Below are positions 61,112 through 64,000 of a stretch of DNA of 64,000 nt, one piece after another. The translations under genes were made by a program, and so were the position numbers. Every line of letters starts with the position of its first letter. The stretch's first letter is position 1. The stretch is from Calditrichia bacterium (GTDB lineage Bacteria; Calditrichota; Calditrichia; JAJRVZ01), in contig CAVZSQ010000017.1 in NCBI GenBank assembly GCA_963777955.1, positions 231,737-295,736 of the forward strand, given 5' to 3'. The notes below the pieces were generated by a model. That model worked only from the letters and a program-made list of their open reading frames with translations. It did not search any database and had not been told where the DNA came from.

Positions 61112-64000
61112 ATGTGTATCCGCTATATCGATCTTATTTTGTCTCTGTTTATTTTTATTTTTTTATGTACATGTGGAAATGAGAATCAGCGGGCTCCGGA
61201 AAATCAGGCATTGAAATCTGAATATACCCCCATCAAACTGGTAAAGACCCAGGCAGATACGGCAGGTTGCGGGGAAAGGATAAAAATCTTTAATGAAAAG
61301 CTGGAAAAATCCTTTATCAAGAACCAGGATCTTGATAAAACTATTCAAGCCGCATTAGAACTTGCCCCATTGGCTCAAACCCTGAATATGACCAGGCAAT
61401 TATTCGAGGCGGTCAGTCAACAATATTCTTCCGGATTCTTTACAAAGATCAGCAAAGAGAAAAAACAACAGGCCTTAAGCAATCTGATAACCGAGGGTAT
61501 GCAGGAACAGGATCCGGATCAACGCAACTTCTACCACGAACTAATCTATTATTTATTTCAGTACCATGATTATTCCGAGGACTGGTACGCTTACTGTAAT
61601 GAAAACAAGATCCGGCCCGGTCAGGAGGTTTCTGTTGCGGTGTATGACTACCGCAATTATGATGATAAACAATCAAAAAAGAGTTATAATTTATTCTTCC
61701 AGGTCAGTAAACTGGAGTTGGATGAAAATCTAAAGCCACAGGAATTCAATATCATCCGGCAGGATACACTTTATCAGGTCAGCGATTACTATGAGGTCCT
61801 GACCGATACTTTAAAGGAACCGGGTATCTATCGACTTACTGTTTACAATGATAAAAACTTCAGTGATTTTTATGTGCAGGTCACACTGCTGGACCTGATC
61901 ACCAAACGAACCCCGGACCAACTCCTGGTTTGGGTCTCCTCTTTTAAGGACAGTGTAAAAGGCCCCTATGATGTGGTATTGCTTTACGGGCAGGATAAGC
62001 ACATTAAAGTTAAAAGTAAAGAGAATGGTACGGCCTATTTTACTATCGATGCCGAACCAGAGGCCGCGTCGGATATCCAGGTTGCCGCAGCCCAAGGCGA
62101 ACATTATGCATTTTCCAGTGATCGTATGTACTGGAGCTATGTGGACAGAATTGATCAGCAAGCCTATATCTATTTTGACCGTCCGATATACCGGCCCGGA
62201 CAGAAGGTTCACCTTAAAGGAATTTTCCGTTCCGTATTACCCAATGGTTCGCTCAGGCCAACGTACCTGGATTCCATCACAGTAGAAATCAACGATCCCA
62301 ACTATGAAGAGACTGTACTGTTCCACTTTGACGGTAGATGAATTCGGGCAGTTTGGTGATTCTTTAAACCTGGCAGAAGACGCTAAACATGGAAATTACC
62401 GAGTTGAAATATCTGATCCTCATGTGCCTGGCTCCGGTAAGGGCCGGCAGCCGATCAGTTTGCTTGAGACCTATTTTAGCGGTTTCATTGTAGAATCCTA
62501 TAAAAAACCTGAATTTAAAATCACAGTTGCGCCGCAGAATAAATGGGTGCTCCTCAATGAGCAGGCCGCCTTTGATATTGCCGGCGAATATTATTTCGGC
62601 GCCCCGCTGGCCAATTTGGAGATCACACTGCGCTGGTATACCCAAAACATGCAGTACTATTTCCCCTGGTGGACAGGCAGTCAATCTCAGCCATATTTCT
62701 ATCCCACAGGTGACAAGACGCTGCTCAAGGAAGAAAAAATTAAGTTGGATGTAGCCGGTAAAGCTGTAGTTAAATATCAGGCCAAGAACATGCAGGACTA
62801 TGGTTTCCTGATCCTGGAAGCCAGGGCCACAGATGCCTCCCGCCGCCTGGTATCTACCGAGGCTCAGGTTAAATGCGTGAAGTACGATGTATACCTGAAT
62901 CTATCCACAGATAAATGGACATATAACCAGGGCGATGCTGTTAAAGTGACTGTATCTGCCTTTACCATGGATGAGAAACCTTACCAGGGCAAATGCAGAC
63001 TGAGCCTGACCAAGGACCGCAGTATCGAGTTGGAAAAGGAATTATTATTTGATAAAAATGGCGTAGCAAGATTCGGATTTATGCCCAAAGAGACCGGTGC
63101 ATATACCCTGAAGGTTGAAATAATGGATTCCCGGGAGAGGGCTGTAGTTGTAACCGGAGAATTTAACGTCCAGGAAAAAAAGACTATTACCTGGGATTGG
63201 GAACAAATCACCCTGAAAGCAGACAAGGAAAAATATGCAGTCGGTGACACCGTAAAGATAACCCTTGATACCGGTGCGGATGATGTCCGTTCACTGTTCA
63301 CGGTTGAAGGGGGTAATTTAAAGAACTACGGATTGGAAACCATCAAAGAACACACAGCTGACTACTATTATGTTATCCCTCAGGACCAGGGCACCAATTT
63401 TTACATAGGCGCCGCCTTTTCCGGTCGCACCAACATGGTTTATCAAGATATCCGTGTGGTCGTGGTGGATTCTGCACTCATCCTTAACCTACAGTTGGCC
63501 GGTCCGGATAAGCTTAAACCGGGAGATACGTATGAAGGAGAAATCACCCTGGCCGACCGACAGGGCCAACCTGTAGCCGGCTGTTTCTCACTGGCCCTGG
63601 TGGATGAATCAATTTTTGATGTGGCTGAAAAATCCACTTATCAACGCAACAGTGACGGCTACGGGCTTCTTTTTGACATATTTGGTGACTTGAGTTCAGA
63701 ACAGGAGGAAGAAGAAATTTCTATTTGGGATTATTTTACCAAAAGGCTCGATAACAAGGTACAAAACAATATATCTGATTTTGATCAAAAGTATATAAGC
63801 CAGCTGGATAAAATGGGTAAGGTACTGGCTGAGCCGGAAGCACAAGAGATTAGCAGATCCCAGAACGCTGCTGCAAGATATAAGGACGGAAAACGTTCTG
63901 CGATGGAGAAAGAAATTGCCGGTGAAGGTGTGCTGGCATTTTTAAGTGCCGGTGGTAGTGCTGAGAACGAAATAGCCCTTGATGATGTTTTGGGTGGTGT
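61112..64000 (+). CDS. Alpha-2-macroglobulin family lipoprotein (MG-domain protease inhibitor), 3'-partial. Frameshift ~62340
   Basis: Lipobox signal ...LSLFIFIFLCTCG. Repeated MG/Ig-like domains. Continuous in a second frame from ~62340 to the window end. Confidence 0.65.

Overview
This 64 kb window looks like a chromosomal segment from a T9SS-bearing bacterium of the FCB group (Bacteroidota-like or a related candidate phylum), probably from a long-read or metagenome assembly. It has two parts.

- **Core block (about 7-36 kb).** Mostly intact housekeeping and regulatory genes: tsaE-tsaB-rimI-accD-surE-guaA-glmS, an LpoA-like lipoprotein, pgeF, holA, an ECF sigma/anti-sigma pair, a GAF membrane protein, a sigma-54 two-component module, mazG, FAH, hom, a GH13 pullulanase, proline dehydrogenase, PCD, Nif3, an HD hydrolase, an SDR, a PilZ protein and an S9 peptidase.
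- **5' end (1-7 kb).** A FecR-domain protein, a large outer-membrane beta-barrel, a CHASE2 class-III nucleotidyl cyclase and a clear PorX (receiver + PglZ) orthologue.
- **Accessory block (37-64 kb).** A glycan-degradation cluster (two DUF4832-like proteins, a CBM9-like protein, GH18, an amidohydrolase), then a mosaic region from 45.9 kb onward of alternating GC-rich (~57%) and AT-rich (~40%) gene blocks. These include T9SS cargo proteins with Por_Secre_tail C-terminal domains, a CDF transporter, an FAD-linked oxidase, a protein-kinase remnant and an alpha-2-macroglobulin.

The accessory genes are punctuated by co-oriented copies of a conserved ~80 bp element (terminator hairpin + GC hairpin + 'tctatcattgtaaatggtaat' tail) and several other repeat families. 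Palindromic REP/MITE-like elements and octamer tandem repeats also occur in core intergenic spacers.

At least ~25 frameshifts split genes, and they cluster strongly in secreted, surface and accessory genes while long housekeeping genes remain intact. That implies either uneven consensus quality or genuine pseudogenisation or phase variation.

No rRNA, tRNA or CRISPR array was recognised.
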